Positions 52,627-64,000 of a stretch of 64,000 bases of DNA are shown piece after piece. The stretch's first letter is position 1, and every line of letters starts with the position of its first letter. The position numbers and the translations under genes are program-made. The stretch comes from Camelus dromedarius (lineage: Eukaryota). The stretch is from the NCBI RefSeq assembly GCF_036321535.1, contig NC_087436.1, positions 19,966,001 to 20,030,000 of the forward strand. Direction: 5' to 3'. The notes beneath the pieces were generated by a model. The model was not told where the DNA came from. It worked only from the letters and a program-made list of their open reading frames with translations, and searched no databases.

Positions 52627-55600
52627 GGGCAGCCAGGCTCTGTACCAAAAACCAAGAGACAGACAAAAACAAACAAAAACAAAACCCACAAAACTTAAAC
52701 ACAACCCCAGCAGGTGTATGTTGCTGCAAAACCTACAGACTCCCATGGGTCTGAACCACGTGTACTGTATATCTTTAGTAAGGAATAGAGAATTGGCTCT
52801 GTGTGTATACCTATTGCATTGACCTGAAAGCTGCTTTATCCAATCTTCAGAGAGGTGACCTACTGCGCCCGTCTACCTTCAGAGGCATGCCTCCCCAGCC
52901 ACCCACTCTCACTCTCAGCCCTCCTCGGTCCTTTTATCTGAAAGGAAATTTGTCTCGTTAAACCCTGAAGGGAGTGTCCTTACTAGCAATCAGCCCTTGT
53001 AAGCTTCTACACCGGTGCATTTTATTTTCCGTTGGGTGAATGTGGTGAGTGGGCGTTTGTGGATTTGGAAAGAGACCTCCATGTGTCCTGTGCCGGGACA
53101 TTTGCACATTCTTTGTACTGGCTTCTTTCACAGCGATGAACATTCTCTCTCCCCCCCCCCACCCCCACCCCCCAGGACTTTCATCCACACCAGTCACTTC
53201 CCTGAGCTCCCTCATTACCTTCCTCTATTTTATGGCTACAGAGTGGTAGGGCCTGGTGCTTAGTCGATGAAGGAACGGTGGACATCCTCAGTGCTGCCTG
53301 AGATTTCCCACAGAGTCCTGGAGACCATGTGCTCCGATCTCTGGTCATGAAGACACTAGCCATCAAGAGCCCTCGTGTGGAAGAAATGTCTCGCAGCACT
53401 GCAGCCCGCACCACAAAACTCCAGTGTGTTTTGTGTGTGTGTCCATACGTATGCAGTGTGTATGCTACACACACACACAGTGCATCATTTTTTAAGGGCA
53501 GATTATATATATATATATGATGTATTAAGTCATGGTTACCATTTGTTTGCAGGAAAAGAAAAATTGTATGAGTGAAAAATTTTATGGTTGATAAATCCAG
53601 CCAAGGAGATTAAAAGGGGTTTGGATAAATTCTGGGTATAAATGCTCAGACTAAAAAAAAAAAGAAAAAAGAAAAAAAAAAAAAGAAACGGCAGTTTTGC
53701 ACAGTGCTTTGGTCTTGCACTAGTTTTTGTTTCTCATCTGCAAAAAAGAAATAAGTAAAATAAAAGGAAGAAAATGTACCTTTTTTATGGAATGAGTAGA
53801 CTGTATGTTTGAAACTTTTGTCACAAACTCTTTGACATATAACGACCCAACAAAAAGGTGCTGTTTAGTCCTACGGTTCAGTTTATACCCCTGAGACGTT
53901 TCCATTGTGTTTGCGGATTGTCTGGCTATGGCGGTATTCTCCATGTTATTAATAATTCTGTATTCCATTTTGTTAACGCCTGGTAGACATAACCTGCTAG
54001 GAGGCTAACTTTATACTTATTTAAAGCTCTTATTTTGTGGTCATTAAAATGGCAACTTATGTGCAGCACTTTATTGCAGCAAGAAGCAGGTGCGGGTGGG
54101 TTGCATAGCCCCTTTGCTGTTCTTAAAAAGCAATGGGTATGTAAGAAGAAGAAAAGGAACAGAACCTTTGGCTAAATATGTTAATGGCTTGTGTTTTTAA
54201 GACAACAGGATTTCCAGGATGAAACAGGCTGAAAGAACAGGAAAAAAAAAATGTGCTTTGTATAACAATGGGAAGTTCGGAATATAAAAGTTTTATCTAT
54301 TATTTATCTATCGAAGAACTGGTGTATGGGAGGAATGCTTTCTTACTGCGTTGCTGGTTTCCATCATGTGTTATCCTAGAGTTGGGATTTTTTTTTCCGT
54401 CTGTTTCACCAGGGGAAAATAAAAGCGTCCCTAATTTTCTTCCTCTAGTCAGTTTGCTTCACTGAAAGCTCCCCCTTGAAACTGGTACCGTTCTACCGGA
54501 AGCCAGAAGTCTGTAACTTCTGTCCACACCATGGTCCTCCCCCGTACCCACCCTTCTTCCCCCAGACTTAGCAGGTGTGCTAACACTTCCCTTGGCCAGT
54601 CATCCAGCCCTGGCAAAGCTGTTTACACTAAGGAGATGTCCCCGGGGGCAGGGAGGCTGAGCCAGCTAGGGCGGGAAGCTCCCGCACCTTTGGTCATCTT
54701 CCAGCAGAGACATTTGTTCTTGGCCACGTTTGACACGTCATTCAACGTTGCCCTCGTGATGTCTCGGTAAAAGACACTATAGACAGTTACAGACAATACA
54801 CTCCAAGAATACTGGGCTTCTGGGTTGGTTGGTTTGTTTTTTTTTTTAAAGGCATGTCTTTATCCCCATTTAATGGAGAATGTGCCACTTGGCTAATCTT
54901 GTGCTTTCAAAATTACAAGTTCAGTGATAACAGGAAAGGAGGCCACAGTGATCCCACAGGGGCTGGCAGAGAGGCGTGAGCACCAGCAGGTTAAAAACCT
55001 GAAGGGTGGCCCTGGCAATTAGGACTGCAGACTTTACAGTGTGCCACTTGTGCAATACAAGGTCCTAGGGTGAAAGCTGCAAGATCAAGAGGGGCGTTGG
55101 AGGGAGACGGTTACCGCTCAGATGCTTGCCACTGAACTTGTATTTGAATGACTTAGTTATGCTTAATGTAATTGGGCAACTTTTTTTAGCACTTTGGAAA
55201 GAGTCATCAGTCTTTCTGGTAAATTATAAAAGTTTTCTGAGTGAGAAAAGGTGTGTTTGGAGTTTGTTTGACTTTTTATATTATTATTGTTATTAATAAA
55301 GAAAAATCTACAGCATTTTTCAGATTCCACCGAGGTAATATGTACCCCTGAATTTGGTTTGCAGTTTGATACTCAGGGAAGGATGTATTCCATAGATATC
55401 CTTTCCGTGTAAAACACTAACATCTTTGAGATATTCACCTGCCAACTAACTTCAATTCTGTTTTCACTATGCATTCTTCAATGAAAGCTAGCTTATTTTT
55501 CCATATAGTAATGCAGTTAGAGTTCTCAGAACTTTCTTCTATCCTTTTTTTTAACTCCTCATATTATGTTCAGATGATCATACTGTCAAGGTTTGTGTAC

Positions 55601-55770
55601 ATTACTGAAAATTTGTATTGTATAAAGCTTTTTTGCATTACAAGGCTGTACAGGGTCATTTTGACAGTAACTGGTATATTCCTTTGCATCTTATGTTGCA
55701 TTGCCAATTTCTAGTGTATCCAGTTTGGAAGTATAATATACTCTAATTAAAAAGAAAAAAGGTTGGCTAT
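52627..55770 (+). other. ZNF827: 3' UTR of ZNF827 (end approximate)
   Basis: Follows the stop codon; no recognisable interspersed repeats; several miRNA seed matches; ends at ATTAAA followed by a U/GU-rich tract. Confidence 0.7.
55746..55751 (+). terminator. Probable distal polyadenylation signal (ATTAAA)
   Basis: TGTA motifs upstream and a T/GT-rich element at about 55773-55850; other AATAAA hexamers at 53759, 54418 and 55295. Confidence 0.6.
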
Positions 55771-56321
55771 ACTCTTGTTTCTTTTTCTTTCTTGGGTGCT
55801 GTCCTTGGCTACGTGTTAGTCTCAGGGTTTTGTTTGTCTTGCTTTGTTCTGATTTTCGCTTTTTCAGTGTATTTTTAAAAAGTTTAGGAAATGTCCACTA
55901 CTAATTATATACTGTTGCAAAATGCAAGTTTTGAAGAGCCATGGTCATAATGCATACCGTTACTATGTAAATCATTCCTGGCCATGAAGGTTGAGAGCAT
56001 ATCCATCAGTCAGTTCAGCTGCAGTCTGGCTCCTTCCTTAAAATATTTCATGACTTTTTCAAAGTGCTCACCAGCCTTATGCTCTCCTGCTTAATATAAT
56101 TTTATTCACCCCATCACCATAGAGGGGGAGCAGGGAATAGATGAGTAATTCCATTTGTCTTAACGAAGTTTGGCAACTATGAGATTTTAATGAGGGGGAA
56201 ATGGTATGTTTTGCAAGCTAAGTAATCATCTATCCAAATGCAGTGAGAGTTCACCCTTCAAAGGAAGGTGCCAGAGAAAGAAACTGAGGCAGAGAAAGAA
56301 AGAGAAATCAATTTAAAAAAA

Positions 56322-56449
56322 TTTTTTGTGGTTTTTTTTGGGGGGGAGGGAAGTAATTAGGTTTATTTATTTATTTATTTAATACAGGTACTGGGGATTG
56401 AACCCAGGACCTCATGCATGCTAAGTACCTCTGAGTTATACCCTCCCCA
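56322..56449 (-). mobile_element. tRNA-derived SINE (camelid-type)
   Basis: ggtactggggattgaacccaggacctcatgcatgctaag...tataccctcccc. Confidence 0.88.
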
Positions 56450-58919
56450 CTAAATCAGTTTTAAAGTTCTGTCCATCAGAGAACTTCCCCAGGAATTCTT
56501 GACTTGGTGAAAAATAGAAAGCAGCAAAAGAGAATGTTTTGGTTCACATCTTGCATTATACGTATTCACGTTATTATTCACATTCACATTATACGTAGAA
56601 CGTCCTTGGCACGTTGCAAGAAATTATGAACCGCTTCACTCTAACGTTTAAAAAGATCAACTTGACTTTTTATAAAATGACGTTGACATAGGAGCAGCCC
56701 CTTTGAAAGTGGCCGGTGACTATTCAGACACCATTCTCCCCTTTGTGTTTTCATCCAATAACTATCTTCAGGTGATTGACTCGAGTTCTCTCACCTGATT
56801 CAAATACTCAGGTTGTTTGGGGATGGCTAGTATTTATTGAAAACCTTAAAACAAGTCAGACTGCTTTATTGTTTGCATAGCTTCTCATTTGGTATAGAGT
56901 TTTCTCCTTCAATTCCACACCCACCTCACATTTTCCCTTTGGTTGAGAAAAGCCAGAAATAGAAACTATAATCATCAGATTGGTACTTGTTTCCCCTGTT
57001 AATGGGCCTCCAGTGACATTGAGGAGTGGCTGGGACGGGAGCCGTCCGTGACAGAGCAGACCCCATCCTCCTCCACCTTCACTACCTAGAGGGCACTGCA
57101 GTGTGGACCCGGCCATCTCCAAGCCAGCCCTGGGGCCCCTGTTAGAATTCAATCCAAGATCATACATACTTTTCCTACTGTTGTGTTAAATAAACGGATG
57201 GTAAGCTTAAGACTCAAGGCCATGTTTTCTATAATGTGTCTACAGCTGATTGGCCCATTTGGTGTACATTAGAAACCGCCCCTGACCACTTCCCAGAGTC
57301 GCAGTGCTGGTCACAGGAGAACAAGGAGAAATATCAACATTTGATGAGCACTGGTATCTCCTTACCCACAGCCGGAAGCATCACATTAGATCTCTTGCTT
57401 GCCCAAGGTCACGTGGGGGCTCACGAAGGCTTTGAAGGGCATGACTCTTTCTTTGCCAAAACACAGAATCAAGTCACCTCGATGCTTTCAGACCTTGGGG
57501 AGGAGCTCATACAAAAGGGGAGGGAGGGACGGAAGGGGATGACAGCCGAGTGATTTCATCTGTTTGAAGTGGGACATAAGGGATCAGGGGCTCATACAAA
57601 ATAAACAAACTTTCATCGGAGAATGTAAAACTAGACTTCTCCCCAACAGTGCCTTAGAACCTGTGAGCAAAATCACAAGATCGAAGAATGCTCTTGGGAT
57701 TCAGATCCCAATCCAAGGAGCCATCAACCACAGATAGTCCGGAGACCCCAGCCAACACTCTTCCTTACGCGTCCGTCTCAAAACAGAAGACTCACACAAA
57801 ACGAGGTTCATTTTGCAAGTAACTCCAACTCACTAAGAAAGCAAATGCCCATAAAGCTGGCCCTGGGGTAAGTAAGTGTGGTGACTCTGGGACCGTGGGG
57901 CCCGTCCTTCCCTTGACCGCGGTCTGCATGGTTAGGGACCAGGACAGCTTCTGTACGGGATAGCAGTTCTCCTATGCAGCATCCTTTCTTGATAGCTGGA
58001 TCTGTAAAATAGACGAATGCAAGTCCCGCTCATGTTGGTAGGAGTGGCAAAGGAGAAAAGGAAAAGCCATTGTTGTATCTCCTGGGGATTCCTTTTCGAC
58101 AGAGTTAAGGAATGTATTAGCTAATTCGTTCTTAGTTTTCAACAGACTTACAGAACTGAAACAGAGAATCCATCTCAATTAACACTTTGAAATTATTGTC
58201 CCCCATGGCAGTCCCTACAGGTGGCTTTCTACTCTATTTAGTAAGAATATCTGGGTGACAGATAACATTTTTCCACCACAAAAGACATTACCGTGGAGTC
58301 AGATCACCTGAGCTTAAAGTCTGACTCAGAAGCATCTTATGAGAAGAAGGATTGAACTAGACAATCTCAAAGACCCCTTCCCACCCTAGCAGATAACATG
58401 TAATACACGACGACTCCATGACTCTTTCCAAACAAGCAAGTCAGCTTTTTGAAACAAGAGTGGTCCCAAAGCAGAATCCCTGCAAGGCAGTTATAGCAAA
58501 AATGGCACCTCAACATTTTCAAGTCACGACAGACCTAAGAGAGAAAAAAAAAAAAATGGCTGAAAATATTTGTTTGCCCACTTCAGAGTTTGGGAGGTCT
58601 AAAATTTGTCTCTTTTGATTAAACACTAAGTCACCATGCTTGGATTGCCTGCAGTCATCTTAAGAGTGGCTTAAATGTATTTTACCAAACCGTGGGTACT
58701 TAATCTGGTTAGATGAGTTAGGAGGTAGCCAGGTGGGGCAGGAAAGGTTTTGCCTTTTCCATCTTCATCTCTCCGACTGTGCCCCCTCCTTTTCCCACCA
58801 CCTGACTGCTTCCAGCCTTCTCCAGGTGACTGGTGCAATTGTGACTGCTAAGCTCTCTGCCCCCCATGTTTCAAATGTTTTCTGGAGAAAATCAAAAGGT
58901 TCCTTTTACAGGTAATGAA

Positions 58920-58996
58920 GGGGAGGCTATAGCTCAGTGGTAGAGCATATGCTTCGCATGCACAAAGTGCTGGGCTCAATCCCCAGTACCTCCATT

Positions 58997-59038
<42 letters not shown>

Positions 59039-59064
59039 TAAATAAATAAGTCTTTAAAAAAAAA
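58920..59064 (+). mobile_element. tRNA-derived SINE (camelid-type) with (CA)n in the tail
   Basis: tagctcagtggtagagc A box; 12-bp TSD acaggtaatgaa (58908-58919, 59065-59076); (CA)18 at 59001-59036. Confidence 0.92.
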
Positions 59065-62000
59065 ACAGGTAATGAAAGACACTTTAGTTTTAATACAGTA
59101 CAAGAATATACTAAATATTGTTATTCTGCCGCTTGTTTAGAAAGACTCTCCGCCCATGAACTCTGAGCACATTAGGAAAGTTCTCAGGCACTTCCATTGG
59201 ATGGAAGGGCTCCTTGTGTTTTACAAAAACACAGGGAAATAACTGATCTACCTCCATCATCAGACAAGTAGGGCCAAAAGAGCAAACACTGGGCTGGGAC
59301 CAGGGTAATTTATCTAGCCATCCTCCAGCCTGAATTCCAGAATGATGTCTTTCCAATCTCAAAGGTTTCTAGATAGGAGACACCACCAACTGGCTTCAGT
59401 GTTCTCTTATTTTTATTTTAACAGCAATTCCTAATTAGCAGTCCACACACTTCTCAGTGTGTATAATAAAGGATCACCAAGCCCCTGTCCCATTATGTCC
59501 CACTTCAAATAGAATATGTGCTAGAACATTCTCCATGCAATGGGTTCGATCACCATTTGTAGTCTCTCTCTCGCTATCGCTCTCTCTTTTGTCTATTTTC
59601 TGGGTTCCCCTAAAAGGCTGAACCCTGAGATTTATTTTGGGAAGCAATTCCCGAAGCAAAAGTGGGAAACTAGAAAGAGTGAAGCAAATAAGAGTAAGAG
59701 GGGGAAGCCAATCCCAGAGGGCACGGGCGAGCTAGTCATTGCTGTGAACAACTGGGATGGAGTCCTTCTGGGCACCCTCATGAGAAGCAGTGTGAAGGTG
59801 TCTGAGAACTGAGAGCCCAAGGGAGAGAAGAAGGAAGAGGCTGGGGTAGCCACAGAGAGTGTTAACTCCCTCGCTCTTCCAGCTTTGCCCATGATTTGCA
59901 GCAGCTAAGTTGGCTTCCCCAGGCAGCCATGGAGGTGGCAAAGAAGCCAATGGTGCAGAAAGCAAGAGATGTTTGGTGAAGCTGAGGGGAGGTGCTGTCA
60001 ATCACCCCTGACCAGAGCTGGTTGCTACAGCAAAGACTAGAGTAAGAAGGTAAGTTTGGGAGATGCAGAACAATTGGTATCCGATAAAATGATATTTGGC
60101 ATGAATGTTGCTGTCACTTTAGCCTCCAAGCCAATGTGGGCTACACATCCAACCCAGTAGGTCAGCTTGTAGCTCTTCTGCTTCCCCTCAGTGGGAGGTG
60201 GGCAGAGACAAGGCAGTGATGGGTCCTGTTGCTAAGGAAGGAAAGAGGTGGCACAGGAGAAGCAGGTAAAGAAAGGCTCTCCCCTCGATGTGGCGGAGTC
60301 TCTTTACAGTCCTCCCTTCTTTGATTCCTCTAATGGGATTGAGCCCTTCTAGAACTTGATTAACGGGAAGTCACTTGACAGGGACATAGGCTGCCTCCCA
60401 CCTCAGAGAGCCTCCTTGACCAGGGAAAGCCACATGAGAGCCCAAATGAGACCGGGGCAAGGAGCCATCCCCCAGACTTCTGTGGCCAGCCTCAAGCTCA
60501 GGCTAAAGGCATCCTGGTGGCTCTCATTCGTCCCAGCTTACCACGAACAGGGTGTGACAAAGGGGTGGGCAGCCATCTAGGCTCATCTAGGAATAAAGAC
60601 ATTACATTTGCCTGGCATCTTCTTTGTACTTGTGTCTCCCACAGGAACCTGGAGCTGAACAGGGAGTTATCCGTCTTCATGGAAAACAGCCGATTGAAAA
60701 TTAAAGTGTTCAGGATATTCCACCTGTTTCTTTCCATCTCTAATCCACAACAGGCAGTTCCTCTACTAACGGAAGATTGGACTAAGCCTGGACTGATGGA
60801 TGGTTGCACAGAACATATCTATAAAGAATGCATAGAGGACATGCACCATGTGGCTATAAATGTACCAGACCTGCGTTTGTGTGAGAGCATCCAGAAGGAA
60901 GACCATAAATTCTTATTATTCTGGGATTCACAACATTAAAGGATAATATTTTTCATTTTTCCTTTGTGCTGCTGAAAATAAATACAGGTTGATGAAAGAG
61001 TAACATATGAAAAGAATAATTAAGGGTCAAAGAAATCTCATTAATTAGAATATCCCCTTGCCTGTCTTTTCTACAATTAAATAAATGGGCATAGAAATGG
61101 GTCATCATCATACTATCAGTCAGAACCCCATCTCTTTATGCCATCAGACAATAGACAAAATAGCAGCAATAAGTGAGTATTCGGGAGTCTTGGTTACACA
61201 GCGAGGCCACGTGTCTTTTTAAATGGGCCGAATAATAATTTCCTGCCAGTGAAGGGCTTTACAATTTGGCTTGTCTGCCTGTGAGGGAGGCTAAATTGTA
61301 TATGTGTATGATTTTGTATCGCAGGATCCTGTCTTTAAGAAAAGGTTGGACGAGTTCAGGGTGGAGTGGCCATAGGCAGGATCCTGTCTTTCAATATCAG
61401 CTTCTCTCCTTACCCATAACCCACTGCCTCCCTCGCTCTTATTCTCTGCACCTGTTCTCCACAACCCAAAGTTTCCACCCCCACTGCCATGTTCGAAAGC
61501 AAGTCCAAGCCTATTCAACTCATGACTTCTCCCTCCAACCCCCAGCCTCCCCTTTCACTCTCTCCTTTTCATTCATTATTTAATGAGCAACAAATATGTG
61601 GAAAGCCATGCGCGGGCAGCTGGTGAGAAATGGAGACAAATAAGATACATTTCCTAGCTTTTAAGAAGTTTACCAACAGAAGAAATGTGTGTTTGAGCAA
61701 ATGCATTACAATACCAAGGGGAAAATACATATAAATTGCTGTGGAAATATTGAATAAAGAGTGACGACTTCCAACGGGGGTGACAGGAGGCTTTATGGGC
61801 GATGTAACAAGCCAACTGTAGTCGACAGGACGAGTAGGATTCTCAGAGGCAGGGAAAGTGGGGAGGGCACTCCAGATTGGGAGAACAGCTTGAGGAAAAG
61901 CAAGAAGGTGAGAAATTGCATGGTGGGTTCTGTTGTGCTAGAAGATTCTAATGAAACCAAACAAAGCCAGCTTGTGTAGGGCTTCCAATCCCTCGTGAAG

Positions 62001-64000
62001 GAGCCTGCACATCTAAACGGCTCTCTAGTTAATAAGAGCTAAGAAGAAATTCTGAGGAGGGGAATGGCATGATCTGACCTGTGTTTTAGGAAGATGTTTC
62101 TAACAGCTACAAAGGGAGGACTCAAAAGACAAGAAAGGCAGAGGGAGGTGGTATGTGCAAATATCCCAAGCCGAAGTCACCATCTGCCCCTTAATCCTGT
62201 GTTCTTTAGACCAATAAGGGCACACCCATCCTCCAAGTTACTCGAGCCACAAAACTTGGGGTCAACTTGGCCCCCTTCAATCTCTCCTCTTCCTCTCTCT
62301 TCCTCCTTCCTTTGAAGGAAGCTAATCAATCCATCCATGTCCTGCTTATTTTATCTGCCAAGTATTTTATGAATCTGTCCTCTTTCCCCTCTTAACATCT
62401 CGGTGCCGGTCCTCAGCATCCTTGCCAGGTATCTTGCAATAATTTCCTCTCTGAATGGGACACATCCTTGTGTTGAAAAGGCCGTGAAAAATTTATTCCA
62501 GAGCTCAGAAGAAATATCATGATCAGACTTGTAGACACAAAGGTGATGTCTGGAGCCAGCAGGGAGGGTGATAACACCAAGAGCAACAAAACAAAGTCAC
62601 CAAAGACAGCACCTTGGGAGATGCCAACTTTACTGCAGAAGGAGGAGGAGGCAACACAGGAGACAGGGAAGAAAGCATCAGAGGAGTCACGGACAAGCAC
62701 GCCAGTCAGAGGAGCCACGGCTAGAGTCCTTCCTGTGAAACTGTGCTGGGGGATGAGGTGGGTGAGGCTGAATCACCCAGCTTTTACCAATTTCATGGTC
62801 CCTGGTGATCTTTCAGGATGCAATGTCAGTGACAAGTGGGGGATGGAAACCAAATTCCAGTAGGTTAAAGAATGAATCGATCAGAAAAAGCTGGTTACAA
62901 GGAGAAAACTCCACTCTTGTATTAAGTTTGATAATGAAATTAAAAATAATCACACATACCTCCCGCTCGCCCAAGATGACGACTTCCCCTTCCCACTCAG
63001 GGAAATCTAACAGTTCCCGCTCTCTCGTTCGCATTCCTTTGAAGAGGAAAAGAGTAAGCTGCTGTCCTTACAATCCCAGCCACGCTCCAAACCAACCCCC
63101 ACATCATTTCCGGTATAATTCACCCTTTGAAGTGCATTTGGTCTGTCTTTACACCATCCCTGCTCTTGCTGGCTGCCCGGACCAGCTTCTGTCAGCCAAA
63201 GACATCTGCAGGGAACAGGCTGCACAGATACAATTTAGGAGCACTTCTCCTAAACACAAGAGTTTAGAGAACTGCAAATAAATAAGTAAATAAATAATCA
63301 AGGGATGGAACGTCACCCCCCCCCTCCCCACCACCAACCCTCTCCTGTGGCCAGAATTATAAAATAAGGGCTCCAGTGTGGAAAGACGAAGGCTTAGCAG
63401 GGAATATGAGAGGCTTCCGGAAAAGCGTGATGGAGATGGCCAGAGAGGACAGACTCAGTCACCAAATTCCAGAAGATTAGAACTTGAAGATCTTGACGCT
63501 TAAAAGAGGTTGTTGGAGTCCTGGTCTCATGCTGCCCTGACCATCGCACTCTGATGTGTCGCAAACCCCACCTTTGCGGAGAGCAGTGGATCGCAGGCCC
63601 TTCGGGGCGGCACAGCACTTCAGCCCGGGAGAAAGAGCTGCACGCCAGTGACCCTGCCCCTGCCTCCTGCCACTTTCCCACCGGAAAAAAGCAACCCTCA
63701 TCAGACATAATGGAAAAGAGGAGTACAGGGTCTGGGGAGCTAGGCAGGAAATAATCTGCTTCTTATTAAGCATCATGAGAAAATGATTCATTCCTGCCTG
63801 AGACACAAATGTAAACATTATCATATTGGAAGCGTCGATTCCGAAGGAGACCATCTGGCAGGGCCTCGCAGCCCACGCTTTGATGGGCAGAGTGTATGTG
63901 TGACCGTGGCGGCTCTTGCGTGAAAGCAGTGAGCCCAGAGGAGGAGGCAAGGTAAGGGTTTTGAGGGGAGTGCCTGGCAGTCAGGCCATCTGCTAGGTAC

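Noticed and set aside
51798..52754. Alternative-frame ORFs of 84 and 232 aa over the last exon
   Set aside because: Low-complexity P/R/Q/A product expected from stop-poor GC-rich coding DNA; reachable only after the TAG in the 67-nt exon
58920..58995. tRNA-like sequences (also at 26208, 37550 and 56390)
   Set aside because: A-rich tails, TSDs and several diverged copies show they are SINEs, not tRNA genes
1..64000. Prokaryotic-type systems (CRISPR arrays, operons, defence islands)
   Set aside because: The sequence is intron-rich mammalian DNA; no regularly spaced repeats were seen, and the other short ORFs are intronic or TE-derived

Overview
Mammalian genomic DNA, probably camelid given the short tRNA-derived SINEs and artiodactyl-type L1 3' ends. 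It carries the 3' part of ZNF827 on the + strand. Positions 1 to about 33.8 kb are intron, filled with L1, L2, MIR, MaLR/ERV LTRs and DNA transposons. Five splice-consistent coding exons follow (33782-48334), then two small alternative exons (49962-50028 and 50313-50324/50345), and a terminal exon from 51798 with a 3' UTR of about 3 kb. The most interesting feature is a C-terminal splice switch. The terminal exon holds an intact 275-codon frame with five further C2H2 zinc fingers, which is translated only if the small exons are skipped or a 12-nt microexon form is used. In the second small exon the TGA stop overlaps an alternative GTGAGT donor, so donor choice decides between '...NSGQW*' and '...NSGQWCPFC...' plus five fingers. 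Both stops lie under 50 nt from the last junction and are predicted to escape NMD. Repeat family names, the species call and the human isoform comparison are from recall, not from database searches.
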